Shown here in pieces: positions 8,442 through 17,649 of a stretch of 64,000 bases of DNA. The position numbers and the translations under genes are program-made. Each line of letters begins with the position of its first letter. The stretch's first letter is position 1. The notes beneath the pieces were generated by a model, which had not been told where the DNA came from, did no database searches, and saw nothing but the letters and a program-made list of their open reading frames with translations. Source of the stretch: a virus; the IMG/VR virus record IMGVR_UViG_3300045988_144812, positions 64,001 to 128,000 of that record; one strand, 5' to 3'.

Positions 8442-9413
8442 ATGCCGGTACGTGTTATTGAAGAAGACATGTTCAATGATAAAGAAAGTGTTTATTGTGT
8501 TCCTGTAAATACTCAAGGTATTGCCGGAAAAGGTTTAGCACTATATTTTAAACAAAAAAGCCCAATGTGGTATAACCAATATAGAGAAGCATGTAAGAAT
8601 GATGAAATCAATAAAAGAAAATATCATTTATACTCTACGGCAACAGAAACGTTAGTAAGTATTCCTACTAAAATTTCACCTTACGATGATTCATGTATTG
8701 ACTTGATTATTGAGGGTTTAAAAGCATTTGAAAAAGATTACGATAAAACAGAAGGTTTTCATTGGATTACCCAATTAAGATTACCCGCATTAGGTTGTGG
8801 TTGTGGTAACTTAAGATGGGTGGATATTGAAGATAGAATCATCGAAGAATTAAAAGATAGTGAAGTTGAATTTATATTCTGTATTGAAAGTAAGCATCGT
8901 CCTGATCGATGTGCTGAAAGATTCATGAATAACCATCTGTTTTTTAAAGGTGATCACATTCTTGGCATTACTTATCGATTTGATCTAAACTTATTAAGTC
9001 CTAAAGGAATCATGAAGAAGTATCCAAATGTAATGTGTTTCATTATTGATTGGATTGCTCACTATCTTGATATTGATCCTGAAGTATATAAAACAGAATC
9101 CCAAATGGTTTCTGGTATTAAATCTGCTCTTATCGATTATTTTAATCGATACGGTTTTGTAAAAGACGGAATTGATTTTAGAAGACTAATCATTGAGAAA
9201 ATGATTGAGGGTAAGAAAACTCACTACTATTCGGATGCTAACTTTAAAAAGTATTTAGATGACTTAAACGAAGCTGATGTGTTCTTTGCCTATTGCGGAT
9301 ATGATTTCCCAGCTATTTTAGGCATTAACATGGATTTGTCTAATAAGCATTTATTAGATAGGAAGCTTTGGAGTGGATCTAACTATCTGGGTAAACTTTT
9401 ATCTAGATTATAA
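8442..9413 (+). CDS. macrodomain (TARG1/DarG-like) protein with an uncharacterised C-terminal domain
   Basis: VYCVPVNTQGIAGKGLALYFKQK resembles the TARG1-type motif (MGAGIAVLFKKKF). The C-terminal tail WSGSNYLGKLLSRL is reminiscent of NADAR. Start chosen after RBS AAAAGGA; 8433 is also possible. Confidence 0.6.
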   Translation: MPVRVIEEDMFNDKESVYCVPVNTQGIAGKGLALYFKQKSPMWYNQYREACKNDEINKRKYHLYSTATETLVSIPTKISPYDDSCIDLIIEGLKAFEKDYDKTEGFHWITQLRLPALGCGCGNLRWVDIEDRIIEELKDSEVEFIFCIESKHRPDRCAERFMNNHLFFKGDHILGITYRFDLNLLSPKGIMKKYPNVMCFIIDWIAHYLDIDPEVYKTESQMVSGIKSALIDYFNRYGFVKDGIDFRRLIIEKMIEGKKTHYYSDANFKKYLDDLNEADVFFAYCGYDFPAILGINMDLSNKHLLDRKLWSGSNYLGKLLSRL

Positions 9414-9415
9414 AC

Positions 9416-9434
9416 ATATACTATTAAATTGAAG
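9416..9434 (+). promoter_or_regulatory. promoter-like motif
   Basis: ATATACTATTAAATTGAAG, upstream of 9461. Confidence 0.5.
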
Positions 9435-9460
9435 ATATCTAATTATAAGGATTTTTAAAC

Positions 9461-9937
9461 ATGGATAATATAAGTAATAATTTGGTAATGATTGATGTCT
9501 CGTCATTACCAAAAACTCCAGAAGAAGAAAAGTTATTTAAAGAAGCGAAAGAGTATTTAGAAAATGAATTTGAAATTCCTATTTCTACAATATTCAAAAT
9601 CATGATTAACGGTGTAAGTGGATTTGTTATCGATAACGATTACGAGTATGTCGAGAACTTTGTACGTAATTATTTAGATCTACCCAAAGAAGAGCAAAAG
9701 AAAATATTCGTTAATTCAGACGGTAAACAAGTATTCGTTTGGGATGATGTACAAACAGGTGCCGAAGAAGATCACTTATCTTTTCTGGCAAGATTATTTA
9801 TTCGAGAAATTAAGGAAAAGAATAGTTTATTACTTATCGACTATTCTGTTCGTTGTAAAGAAACCTCACTGGTTACTTTGAGTCAAGAATCCGTTCATCC
9901 TGACCACATCGTTGTCTATCTTGATAAAGAGGAATAA
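9461..9937 (+). CDS. hypothetical protein
   Basis: Promoter motif at 9416-9434 and RBS AAGGA; 158 aa. Confidence 0.7.
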   Translation: MDNISNNLVMIDVSSLPKTPEEEKLFKEAKEYLENEFEIPISTIFKIMINGVSGFVIDNDYEYVENFVRNYLDLPKEEQKKIFVNSDGKQVFVWDDVQTGAEEDHLSFLARLFIREIKEKNSLLLIDYSVRCKETSLVTLSQESVHPDHIVVYLDKEE

Positions 9938-9938
9938 G

Positions 9939-10643
9939 ATGTTTCAATTAGCTAAGCAAGAGTTTATCTTGCCTACTGAATTTTTAGTTAATCTAAACAT
10001 AATGGATATTTATCAAGAATGCATCATGCTGTTCGGTAAAGATCCATTTAGGGAACGTTTCAACCATCCTTCGTGTTTTAACTACAATCCTAGTAAACCG
10101 ATATCAGAAGAGGTATTTGAACAAATTTCTTATAGTCTTCTAAGTTCTGTAACCATTACATACAAATACGTTTATCTTGCGAGCATTCCTATTAATGAAA
10201 TGGTGATTAAGGAAATGATGGTATCGTTATGGGATTCTTTCTTTAATGCTTATTTTGATTATAATCCTGAAGACTTAATGGTAGATAACGAGTATCTATT
10301 CAGTGTTAGTGATGATGAAAATAGTGGTTATTCTAATTACATTATGGATAATAAAAATAATGTGGTTACTTTAAAATATGGTTTGGAAGAAGATGAAGCA
10401 ATATTTACATCCTTATTCTTCTTAAGGTATATTAATTATTTAGCCAATCTTTTTCCAAAAATATTTAATTACATTTTACAAAATCCTAAATTGGAACCAG
10501 AAGTTATTCCAAGGACGGTAGATCCGTATACGTATTATCCGAGAACCCATAAAAGAATAGCGGTACCTACAAATTACATTAATGACATTATGATTAACAC
10601 TCATTTGGAGTATGACATCGTATGCAAGACAATAACTATTTAA
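9939..10643 (+). CDS. hypothetical protein
   Basis: ATG after GAGGAATAAG, coupled to the previous stop. The track ORF begins earlier at a TTG. Confidence 0.65.
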   Translation: MFQLAKQEFILPTEFLVNLNIMDIYQECIMLFGKDPFRERFNHPSCFNYNPSKPISEEVFEQISYSLLSSVTITYKYVYLASIPINEMVIKEMMVSLWDSFFNAYFDYNPEDLMVDNEYLFSVSDDENSGYSNYIMDNKNNVVTLKYGLEEDEAIFTSLFFLRYINYLANLFPKIFNYILQNPKLEPEVIPRTVDPYTYYPRTHKRIAVPTNYINDIMINTHLEYDIVCKTITI

Positions 10644-11068
10644 TCGGACATTTAGATCAGGCCAATCTTCCATTATGGGAGGTTGGTCGATCTTATTATC
10701 TTGACCTTTCTGAGATATTCAGCATAACCAGTTCTTTAATTACAAAGAAAACTGGATTAATGTCTCTTAACTTTATTCTGGATATTCTTCCCGAATATAA
10801 TCTTTCTAATATATCTTCTCTTAATGAATTAGTAGATCAATCCATTTTAGAATTTGCTCTAAAAGTTTCTGGATCATCTAATAAAATAGACGAGGGTATT
10901 ATCCGCATATTCTTTGGAAAATTATTCGGATATCTTATAGAGTTGAACATTATCAAGTTTGGAATAACTAAGAAAGTATTCTTTAAACAAGAGAATGATC
11001 CTAACTTAAATCAGAAACAATCTAACATTGTATTCGGCACGATATACACTGTATTAGTGGAATATTAA
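10622..11068 (+). CDS. hypothetical protein
   Basis: 148 aa; overlaps the previous gene by 22 nt; start uncertain. Confidence 0.55.
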   Translation: MQDNNYLIGHLDQANLPLWEVGRSYYLDLSEIFSITSSLITKKTGLMSLNFILDILPEYNLSNISSLNELVDQSILEFALKVSGSSNKIDEGIIRIFFGKLFGYLIELNIIKFGITKKVFFKQENDPNLNQKQSNIVFGTIYTVLVEY

Positions 11069-11070
11069 AA

Positions 11071-11568
11071 ATGAACCAAAAAAGAATCCGTTTATTGGTA
11101 AACATGGGGCCTCTATTTAGAGTGGTTGATGCATTAACGGCTAATCAGTTTATCATTAACCATAAACAGGTCATTAATGAATTATTATTAACTGTAAGTA
11201 CTCGAGAGGTTAACCGTCATTATAACCAAATCGATACCCATATACCGATGTGTAAAGATGACATGAGTATTCAGCTAACCTCTGAAACTTTATATCAAAA
11301 ACTTATTAATGAAACCTACCTTAGTCATGATAAGGCTGTTACAATCTGTAATACTTATATCGATTGCATGTATCAATTTTTAATCAATATACATGAACTT
11401 ATGAGCGGGGAAGAAATCATTAAAGTGTTTGGTCATGTTCCTACATTATACTACTACTTAACTGTAGAAGAATATTTAGGAGATGGTCAATTTATCCTTG
11501 CCGAGTTAGTACCTGGTCAGGATCAGATGGAAGTCGACACAAGTCCTTGGTTTTATCTTAATAACTGA
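11071..11568 (+). CDS. hypothetical protein
   Basis: 165 aa; ATG 3 nt after the previous stop. Confidence 0.65.
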   Translation: MNQKRIRLLVNMGPLFRVVDALTANQFIINHKQVINELLLTVSTREVNRHYNQIDTHIPMCKDDMSIQLTSETLYQKLINETYLSHDKAVTICNTYIDCMYQFLINIHELMSGEEIIKVFGHVPTLYYYLTVEEYLGDGQFILAELVPGQDQMEVDTSPWFYLNN

Positions 11569-11614
11569 TTAGGTATTATTTTATTTAATAAAATCTTACT
11601 TACTCTTTTAACAA

Positions 11615-11800
11615 ATGAAACCATTTTCTAATCGTCACATTTCGGAATTAAATGAATCCATTACACAAAAACATTATAGTCGTATCTTAAAGGATCTTGA
11701 ACCTTCTAAAAAATACAAGACCAATAAGCGGCTCGCGAAGATGAGAATAAAGTATCATCATCTCGAAACGCTTAATAAGAAAAATACAGACGATATCTAG
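11615..11800 (+). CDS. possible small basic protein
   Basis: 61 aa, Lys/Arg-rich, but no convincing RBS. Confidence 0.3.
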   Translation: MKPFSNRHISELNESITQKHYSRILKDLEPSKKYKTNKRLAKMRIKYHHLETLNKKNTDDI

Positions 11801-12004
11801 ATATGAAGAAGTATCTATTTGATCTTTCGGGTAGGTCATGCTATTTCTTTACTCCTAAGTATGTTTGTTCCATTGGTGATTATGTTAGATAGTCACGTAC
11901 AGGTTATTCTTTATAGAGTAATCTGTGCGGGATTATTTACCGGACGGTGGTCTTTAGTCCCATGACATTCTTATTTGTTTTCATATGTCCCTTTACATTA
12001 ACAG

Positions 12005-12045
12005 CTCTACTACTCCTTAACGGGAGTAGTAGAGTTTCTTTTTGT
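12005..12045 (+). terminator. intrinsic terminator
   Basis: CTCTACTACTCC/GGAGTAGTAGAG followed by TTTCTTTTT. Confidence 0.8.
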
Positions 12046-12049
12046 TTTA

Positions 12050-12077
12050 TTTTAAATCTATACTATTTACGTGTAAT
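12050..12077 (+). promoter_or_regulatory. promoter-like motif
   Basis: TTTTAAATCTATACTATTTACGTGTAAT, directly after a terminator. Confidence 0.5.
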
Positions 12078-12130
12078 AGGATTTTAAATTTAATCCTGCC
12101 TTAATCTAACTTAATAAAAAGGAAAATGCT

Positions 12131-12901
12131 ATGTCTAGTAATGATAAACGAAAAGCCGCTAAAGCTAAAAAACGTAAAGAAAACTTACGTCAACGAAAAT
12201 TGAAAACAGGAAGTGCTATTAATCCAAACAACATGATGGTGTTCAATAAAACTTCTACAGGTTTGGATGTTATCCATCGAGGTAGTGTATCTGGTTCTAT
12301 TGCAACAGATATTCTAAACGAACAAGAAACTCAACCTATCGATCCTAAGAATCGAGAGGACTTGATTAGTCAAATCAAAAAGAATATCGAGCTTTTCTAT
12401 ACAGGCACTAAAAAAGAAAGTGCAATTTCTGACTTTGCTTTCTTAACAGAAAACATCTACCTGACTAAGGTATTATTAGAGCTTGCTGAAAAAGAAGTAA
12501 AAGCAGAAGATCCAAATGATCAAATGCTTATCGACATTAATAACAACATGCTTAAAGAAACCCTTAAAGGCATGACTGAGATTTGTAAGAATCTTTATCA
12601 TCAAGCTGTAGAAGGTAAAGAATCCTTATACTTTGTAAACTCTTTGGAATTAAATGCCATTAATATTTCTAAGAAATATTTAGAACAAACAAATATTCTT
12701 TTGCAATACATTGATGTTGGTTTGTTTCAAAAAGGCTGTCGTTTGACTATTTCACGTTTAGGTAATCGAAACTATAAAGATGATCCTGATGTGAAGTATT
12801 TCAGTATTCGTGAAGGTTATGGTTTAATTAAAGACATGATCAAACATGAGAATAAAAAACGACAAGAGGGTAAGCAGAATGACGTTAAGCAAATCCACTG
12901 A
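12131..12901 (+). CDS. hypothetical protein with a basic N-terminus
   Basis: Promoter motif at 12050-12077 and RBS AAAAGGAAAA; 256 aa. Confidence 0.75.
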   Translation: MSSNDKRKAAKAKKRKENLRQRKLKTGSAINPNNMMVFNKTSTGLDVIHRGSVSGSIATDILNEQETQPIDPKNREDLISQIKKNIELFYTGTKKESAISDFAFLTENIYLTKVLLELAEKEVKAEDPNDQMLIDINNNMLKETLKGMTEICKNLYHQAVEGKESLYFVNSLELNAINISKKYLEQTNILLQYIDVGLFQKGCRLTISRLGNRNYKDDPDVKYFSIREGYGLIKDMIKHENKKRQEGKQNDVKQIH

Positions 12902-13175
12902 TAATCAAATATCGGTAATGAATCAGGAGTTACGAAGAAACTTAAAGAAAGTTATGCAAAGTAACAAAGTTACTATTAAAGATGTAGCTGAACATGTCGG
13001 TGCTAACCACAATACTTTATTAGGATATTTTTCAGAATCAAGAAATCTTAATATTCCTATTGGCATTGTGTATGCTGTATGTCGTTTAACTAGAACTAAT
13101 TTCTTTCATGTTGCACCTACCTTAATGAAAGATTTAGCTTCTTTTATAGTAATGCCAAATAATGAATTAAAATAA
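12879..13175 (+). CDS. helix-turn-helix (XRE-like) DNA-binding protein
   Basis: VTIKDVAEHVGANHNTLLGYFS is a typical HTH. Start taken at the ATG after GAGGG; overlaps the previous gene. Confidence 0.55.
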   Translation: MTLSKSTDNQISVMNQELRRNLKKVMQSNKVTIKDVAEHVGANHNTLLGYFSESRNLNIPIGIVYAVCRLTRTNFFHVAPTLMKDLASFIVMPNNELK

Positions 13176-13408
13176 AACCTATAACCACTCTACCCCGTTA
13201 GGAGTAGAGTGGTATCTAGGATTCTATTGAGTAAGGACTGTGTGAATAAGATATACCCGTAATCAGTCCGGCATATTGCTTAAACTAAGCAATTTAAAAA
13301 GGCATAAAGCCAGTGGATAATTTTCAAAGACAAACATGTCTAGCAAATGTGCGAAAATAAATTCGCATATAATATAACTTATTTTTTTACTACAAAACCA
13401 CGTCAGAT

Positions 13409-13816
13409 TTATTTTTTGGTTTCATTAATGGCTCTTTCCATTTCGTTGTTGGCTTCTTGATTAAGAGTCGTTTGTAATTTCTTTTTACGGTCTACAGATT
13501 TCTTAATAATCTTCTGTTCTACCCTAGTCATGTTTAACCACTCTCTCAAAGTCAAACCTGTATTAGGATAAATATCGTAAATCACAAACTCGTCAGACAG
13601 AATACTTAAGTAACTACCTTCACCAAACAAGTCATATGGTTTCTTCATGGTCATTGGTCTCAACGACTCATGAGGAGGTACTAACGAACCATCAGCTTTC
13701 TCAATACTACATTCTGAATAATGATCTAAACCATAGCAAGCATCATGCAAAGATAATAAAGATAAATGCTTCTCACCATCGTCTTTAATGGGTTTAGCTT
13801 CGCCACTCACGATCAC
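13409..13816 (-). CDS. hypothetical protein (start unresolved)
   Basis: The track start is a GTG. The same frame stays open up to 13971 with no in-frame ATG. Confidence 0.5.
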   Translation of the reverse strand: MIVSGEAKPIKDDGEKHLSLLSLHDACYGLDHYSECSIEKADGSLVPPHESLRPMTMKKPYDLFGEGSYLSILSDEFVIYDIYPNTGLTLREWLNMTRVEQKIIKKSVDRKKKLQTTLNQEANNEMERAINETKK

Positions 13817-13971
13817 TCGTAAGAAGTCTTCATTATTTACATTGATTGTTACCGTCTCTTCACCTTCTTCCGTATCTTTAGTTTCCGGAAAAACTTCGTC
13901 ACGTCTAACTTGAGAAATACCAAATAGGGGATCCCTGATGGATCCCTCTACTATTGTAGAAACACTATTGC

Positions 13972-15870
13972 TTATCTGGTCGCGAGTGTTTGATAAATCC
14001 GAGCGGTCAGCGTAAAAAAAGCAATTACAGTATTAATTGGAACGATCTTATTACTTACTGGAGAAGAGTTGTGTTTCTCTTCGTATTCAGAAACAGTAGG
14101 CACACCATAAACTACTTTTACATTTTTATTAATGTACTCTACAACCGCTTCAATCAACTTGTTACGAATCTCTTGATTACTAGAAATCTCATTTAAGATT
14201 TCAATCAGTGTTTCAGGAGAATCGATTGTACTGCTCAAGGATTCTGATTTTCCGGTTTCTTCAAAATACTTGTTGATTCGAATCTTACGGATGAAGTGAG
14301 AATATTCTCGTAATGCCGTAGCCTGAATCTTGTCAGACAAATAACGAGAACGGATATTCTCATCAGAAGTCATGGACAGGGTTTCAGAGATGGCATCTTT
14401 AATATACACATCCCAATCTGAACCATGTTCAACATAACGAGCCATGTCGCTCTGACCAAGCTCAATGTATGTTTCCTGAATGAACGTACCTTCACGTTTT
14501 TCAATCTTACGAGAGAAGATCAAACGTTCAAACACCTCAACATCTTCTTCTTTCTTCCAGTCGCGACGATAGGATTCGATTTCTTCATTAGAAGATGCCA
14601 CACTTTCTGCTTTAATCAGGTGTTGTTTCTGACGTACTGACAGACGAGAGTTAGCATAGATCGCCATATCTGGCAACCAGATACGTCCCATCACATGTTC
14701 AGCTTTACCATTGTCCAGAAGAGCTGTACGGTTAAAGATATAGCCATCAGGATACATGGTACATGCAAGACCCCAAGCAATGGTAGGGATATCCATCGGA
14801 TCCAACAGAGCACGAATGTTCTCTGGAGAAGAATCTTTCAAGTTGATGTAGGAGATTTTACTAATAAACAAATCCACCAACTTATCATTGATGTACCATG
14901 TCGCCGTACCGTAGTTAGAACCACCAATAGTACGACCAACATTAATTTTAGCAGTATCCAAAACGTATTGGAAGTCAATGATTTCAGATGCTACCGGCGG
15001 AGAAATAATCGCTACTAAACCTGAATGAGGCAATACCAGTGTAAAGTAAGTAGACAATCCAAGAGAATCCATGATTGCTGCTTTAGCTTTCAGACCAGTA
15101 AGATTACCACCACTATTAGGAATGGTTGCACGACGAGAACGAATACGTTGAGATGGATCTGCTGTGATACCAATTACTTGTGTCAGTTCGACATCTTCAT
15201 CATTCATCATCTGCTCAGTCATTCGATAATCGTTAGAAATCAATTCACGAGAATCAGACATAGACTGAATTAATAATGTAGCATTTGTTTCATCCAAGTT
15301 AGCTGGGTTTTCTACTAAGTAGCGAACCATACCGTCTGGAGAATCAGCTGGAACAGAAATAGATTTAATGAGATCTTCTGCTTGTTTAGGATCTGCATAG
15401 TCTACTTCTTTAATATCTAACAAGATACGATGTTTAGGATCCAATAAGACGTTCTTAGAAGCTGGTTTAATTTTTTCATCAACTACTTTTACAGAAGGAA
15501 CCCAAAGTTTCAGATCGTCTTTATCGTTACCTACGATCGCACTAAGTTTCTTAAGAAACTCTTTTCTAGGATCAGTTTTCTCTTTTTGTTTAGGTTCTTT
15601 TTGTTTATGTTTTTCTTCTTCACCTTCTGTATCGTAAGTAGCTAATGTAGGAAGATCTTGATCGAGATGTTCGTAATCATTAGTCTTACCTTCTTCTGTT
15701 TCTTCTTTAGGTTTAAATTCAGAAACATCATCTTCTTCAGTGAGAAGTGATGGTGTCAAAGAAGATTCAGATACTTCTACAGTATCGTTAAGATGCAATA
15801 CACCTTCTGATTGTTCGGAAGGTACAACATCTTCTTGTTTGATTTCATTAATATCATTATTCATTGACAT
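13972..15870 (-). CDS. hypothetical 632-aa protein with an acidic, low-complexity N-terminal region
   Basis: Start moved to the ATG after AAGGAAACTAGTC (MSMNNDINEIK). Long ORF in coding-like sequence. Confidence 0.75.
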   Translation of the reverse strand: MSMNNDINEIKQEDVVPSEQSEGVLHLNDTVEVSESSLTPSLLTEEDDVSEFKPKEETEEGKTNDYEHLDQDLPTLATYDTEGEEEKHKQKEPKQKEKTDPRKEFLKKLSAIVGNDKDDLKLWVPSVKVVDEKIKPASKNVLLDPKHRILLDIKEVDYADPKQAEDLIKSISVPADSPDGMVRYLVENPANLDETNATLLIQSMSDSRELISNDYRMTEQMMNDEDVELTQVIGITADPSQRIRSRRATIPNSGGNLTGLKAKAAIMDSLGLSTYFTLVLPHSGLVAIISPPVASEIIDFQYVLDTAKINVGRTIGGSNYGTATWYINDKLVDLFISKISYINLKDSSPENIRALLDPMDIPTIAWGLACTMYPDGYIFNRTALLDNGKAEHVMGRIWLPDMAIYANSRLSVRQKQHLIKAESVASSNEEIESYRRDWKKEEDVEVFERLIFSRKIEKREGTFIQETYIELGQSDMARYVEHGSDWDVYIKDAISETLSMTSDENIRSRYLSDKIQATALREYSHFIRKIRINKYFEETGKSESLSSTIDSPETLIEILNEISSNQEIRNKLIEAVVEYINKNVKVVYGVPTVSEYEEKHNSSPVSNKIVPINTVIAFFTLTARIYQTLATR

Positions 15871-16642
15871 GACTAGTTTCCTTATTAGTCTCTTGTGTAG
15901 GAGGGGTAGTGTTGGTGTAATGATGTAAGTATTCTGCAAAGAATTTTTTCACATCATCAGGCGCTTCTTCTTTGTGATCCAAGTAATAACCAAATTTCAT
16001 GGCTGTAAAGAAATCTGAAATATGCTTGGTCAATGGTTCAGTGATGGCACGAACTCGATTAGAACATACCAGATAACGTGCTTTAATATCAATAATCTTC
16101 TCAATGATATATGGCTCGAACTCAGGAACTTCTGGTTTTACATGACCATTTTCATCAACAAACTTCTCGTAAAGTTTACGAATAGAATTCAACTCACGAA
16201 CCAAACTACGAGTGTCGGTTGTATTCATGGCAACCATTGTAGTCAGTTTTTCTTTTTCTTGGATGTATGGTAAGAATTTCTTATCTTGGGTAAGCAATTC
16301 GTTGAGTGCTTTTGTAGGAGCTTCGATCATCATCTTAATTGTTTTATAAGTTGATTCCAAAGACTCGAAAGTATAGTCATTTAAAGCATCCCATTCTTCT
16401 TGGGTAAAGCGATCTTTAAACTCTTCTGGGATTCGAGCGACACGTTCAACAACTTTAGCTTCACCATCACGTGCTTTAACATAGGGTCGTTTCGGATCAA
16501 TGTCCAAAACTTTTTGTCGTTTTGCCTTTTTAAATTTTGTCTTGGCATTAGGATTAAGATTCAGACCATTACTTTCAATAGTCAGTTTGTCAAAACTAGG
16601 AATGCCTGTATGTAAACCAATACGGTTGTCCAATTTAGTCAT
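15857..16642 (-). CDS. hypothetical protein
   Basis: 261 aa; first gene of a minus-strand block; 14-nt overlap with the next gene. Confidence 0.7.
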   Translation of the reverse strand: MTKLDNRIGLHTGIPSFDKLTIESNGLNLNPNAKTKFKKAKRQKVLDIDPKRPYVKARDGEAKVVERVARIPEEFKDRFTQEEWDALNDYTFESLESTYKTIKMMIEAPTKALNELLTQDKKFLPYIQEKEKLTTMVAMNTTDTRSLVRELNSIRKLYEKFVDENGHVKPEVPEFEPYIIEKIIDIKARYLVCSNRVRAITEPLTKHISDFFTAMKFGYYLDHKEEAPDDVKKFFAEYLHHYTNTTPPTQETNKETSHVNE

Positions 16643-16803
16643 TTTAATAAATTCTCCATTAGCTAATGGGTTGTGGATCGGATTGTTTAAAAAAGAATAT
16701 TCTTTAGATTATTTCTATTAATGTTTCCATAGCTATGAAAATAGAAATCATCACATATATAGTTAACTCTGTATTAAATTACCCAATATAGGAACAAGCA
16801 CTT

Positions 16804-17649
16804 ATGGCTAATCTTATTTTAAACTTCATAGATGATTATTGGACTATGGAGGAAGCAAAAGAATATAAAGAAGCCATCGACTTTATCGATGGCATTCATG
16901 AAGACTGGACGGATAATTTAGAAATCATTATTCGTGGTAGTAACGATGATATTACTGTAAATGAAATCACTTTACGCATTAAGGATTTCATTCGTAATCA
17001 ATTTACTGAACTGTTAGGTGAAATTGGTTTTATCTGTACTGAAGATTTTGTACATGATCCTATTACTCTTTATCGTATTTATTCAGAAGCTATCAGTATA
17101 GAGAATAATGAACAAATAGAATTCTCTTTATCTATCTTAGAAGCTGATAAAGACAATGTGATTACATTTTACGAATTGTTATCAACTGTAGGTGGTTTGT
17201 TAATTGACGAATCTGAATTCAATCAAACCATTGAAAAGATTTCTAACTTTACTCGTGAGCGTTTGGTTAATACTTTACGTGGTAAAGAGTTGGTTAAGAT
17301 AGAAGAGAAACAAGAATTTGATTTAATTCGAGCTTCTAAGAATATCAAGGAATTTACAAAAGCAGTTAATGACGATAGCTTTTATGCTATCCAGCTGATC
17401 CGTAGTGGTGTAGATTTAGGTATTGATTTCAAAAACTATTTATCTATTTATGGTAAAGAAGTATTTGAAATGGATTTAAAAGAAATGGCTTATAACTTGT
17501 ACTTATTTGCTTTGATGTCTAACGATGGTACAGATAATCCAGTTCTTGCTGTAGAATCCCATTTGAATAACTATATCTTCGATCCTAATTCTTACGATGT
17601 TATTTTACGTGCGGTTCAAGATATACAAATTAAAACAAGAGGTGTATAA
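16804..17649 (+). CDS. hypothetical protein, translationally coupled to the RNAP beta-prime-like gene
   Basis: 281 aa; its stop overlaps the next start (TAAATG). Confidence 0.65.
   Translation: MANLILNFIDDYWTMEEAKEYKEAIDFIDGIHEDWTDNLEIIIRGSNDDITVNEITLRIKDFIRNQFTELLGEIGFICTEDFVHDPITLYRIYSEAISIENNEQIEFSLSILEADKDNVITFYELLSTVGGLLIDESEFNQTIEKISNFTRERLVNTLRGKELVKIEEKQEFDLIRASKNIKEFTKAVNDDSFYAIQLIRSGVDLGIDFKNYLSIYGKEVFEMDLKEMAYNLYLFALMSNDGTDNPVLAVESHLNNYIFDPNSYDVILRAVQDIQIKTRGV

Noticed and set aside
8920-9413. Calling the C-terminal half of the macrodomain protein a bona fide NADAR domain
   Set aside because: Only the extreme C-terminal WSGSNYLGKLLSRL resembles NADAR. The FSNF and EHYFQ core motifs are absent, so the domain is left uncharacterised.
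13305-13320. A near-consensus DnaA box (AGTGGATAA / TTATCCACT) as an origin marker
   Set aside because: It is a single copy with one mismatch and no accompanying boxes, so it is probably chance.
13972-15870. Calling the 632-aa protein the phage-nucleus shell protein (chimallin)
   Set aside because: Only its size and the phiKZ-like context point that way. I cannot recall or verify any diagnostic sequence, so it is left as hypothetical.
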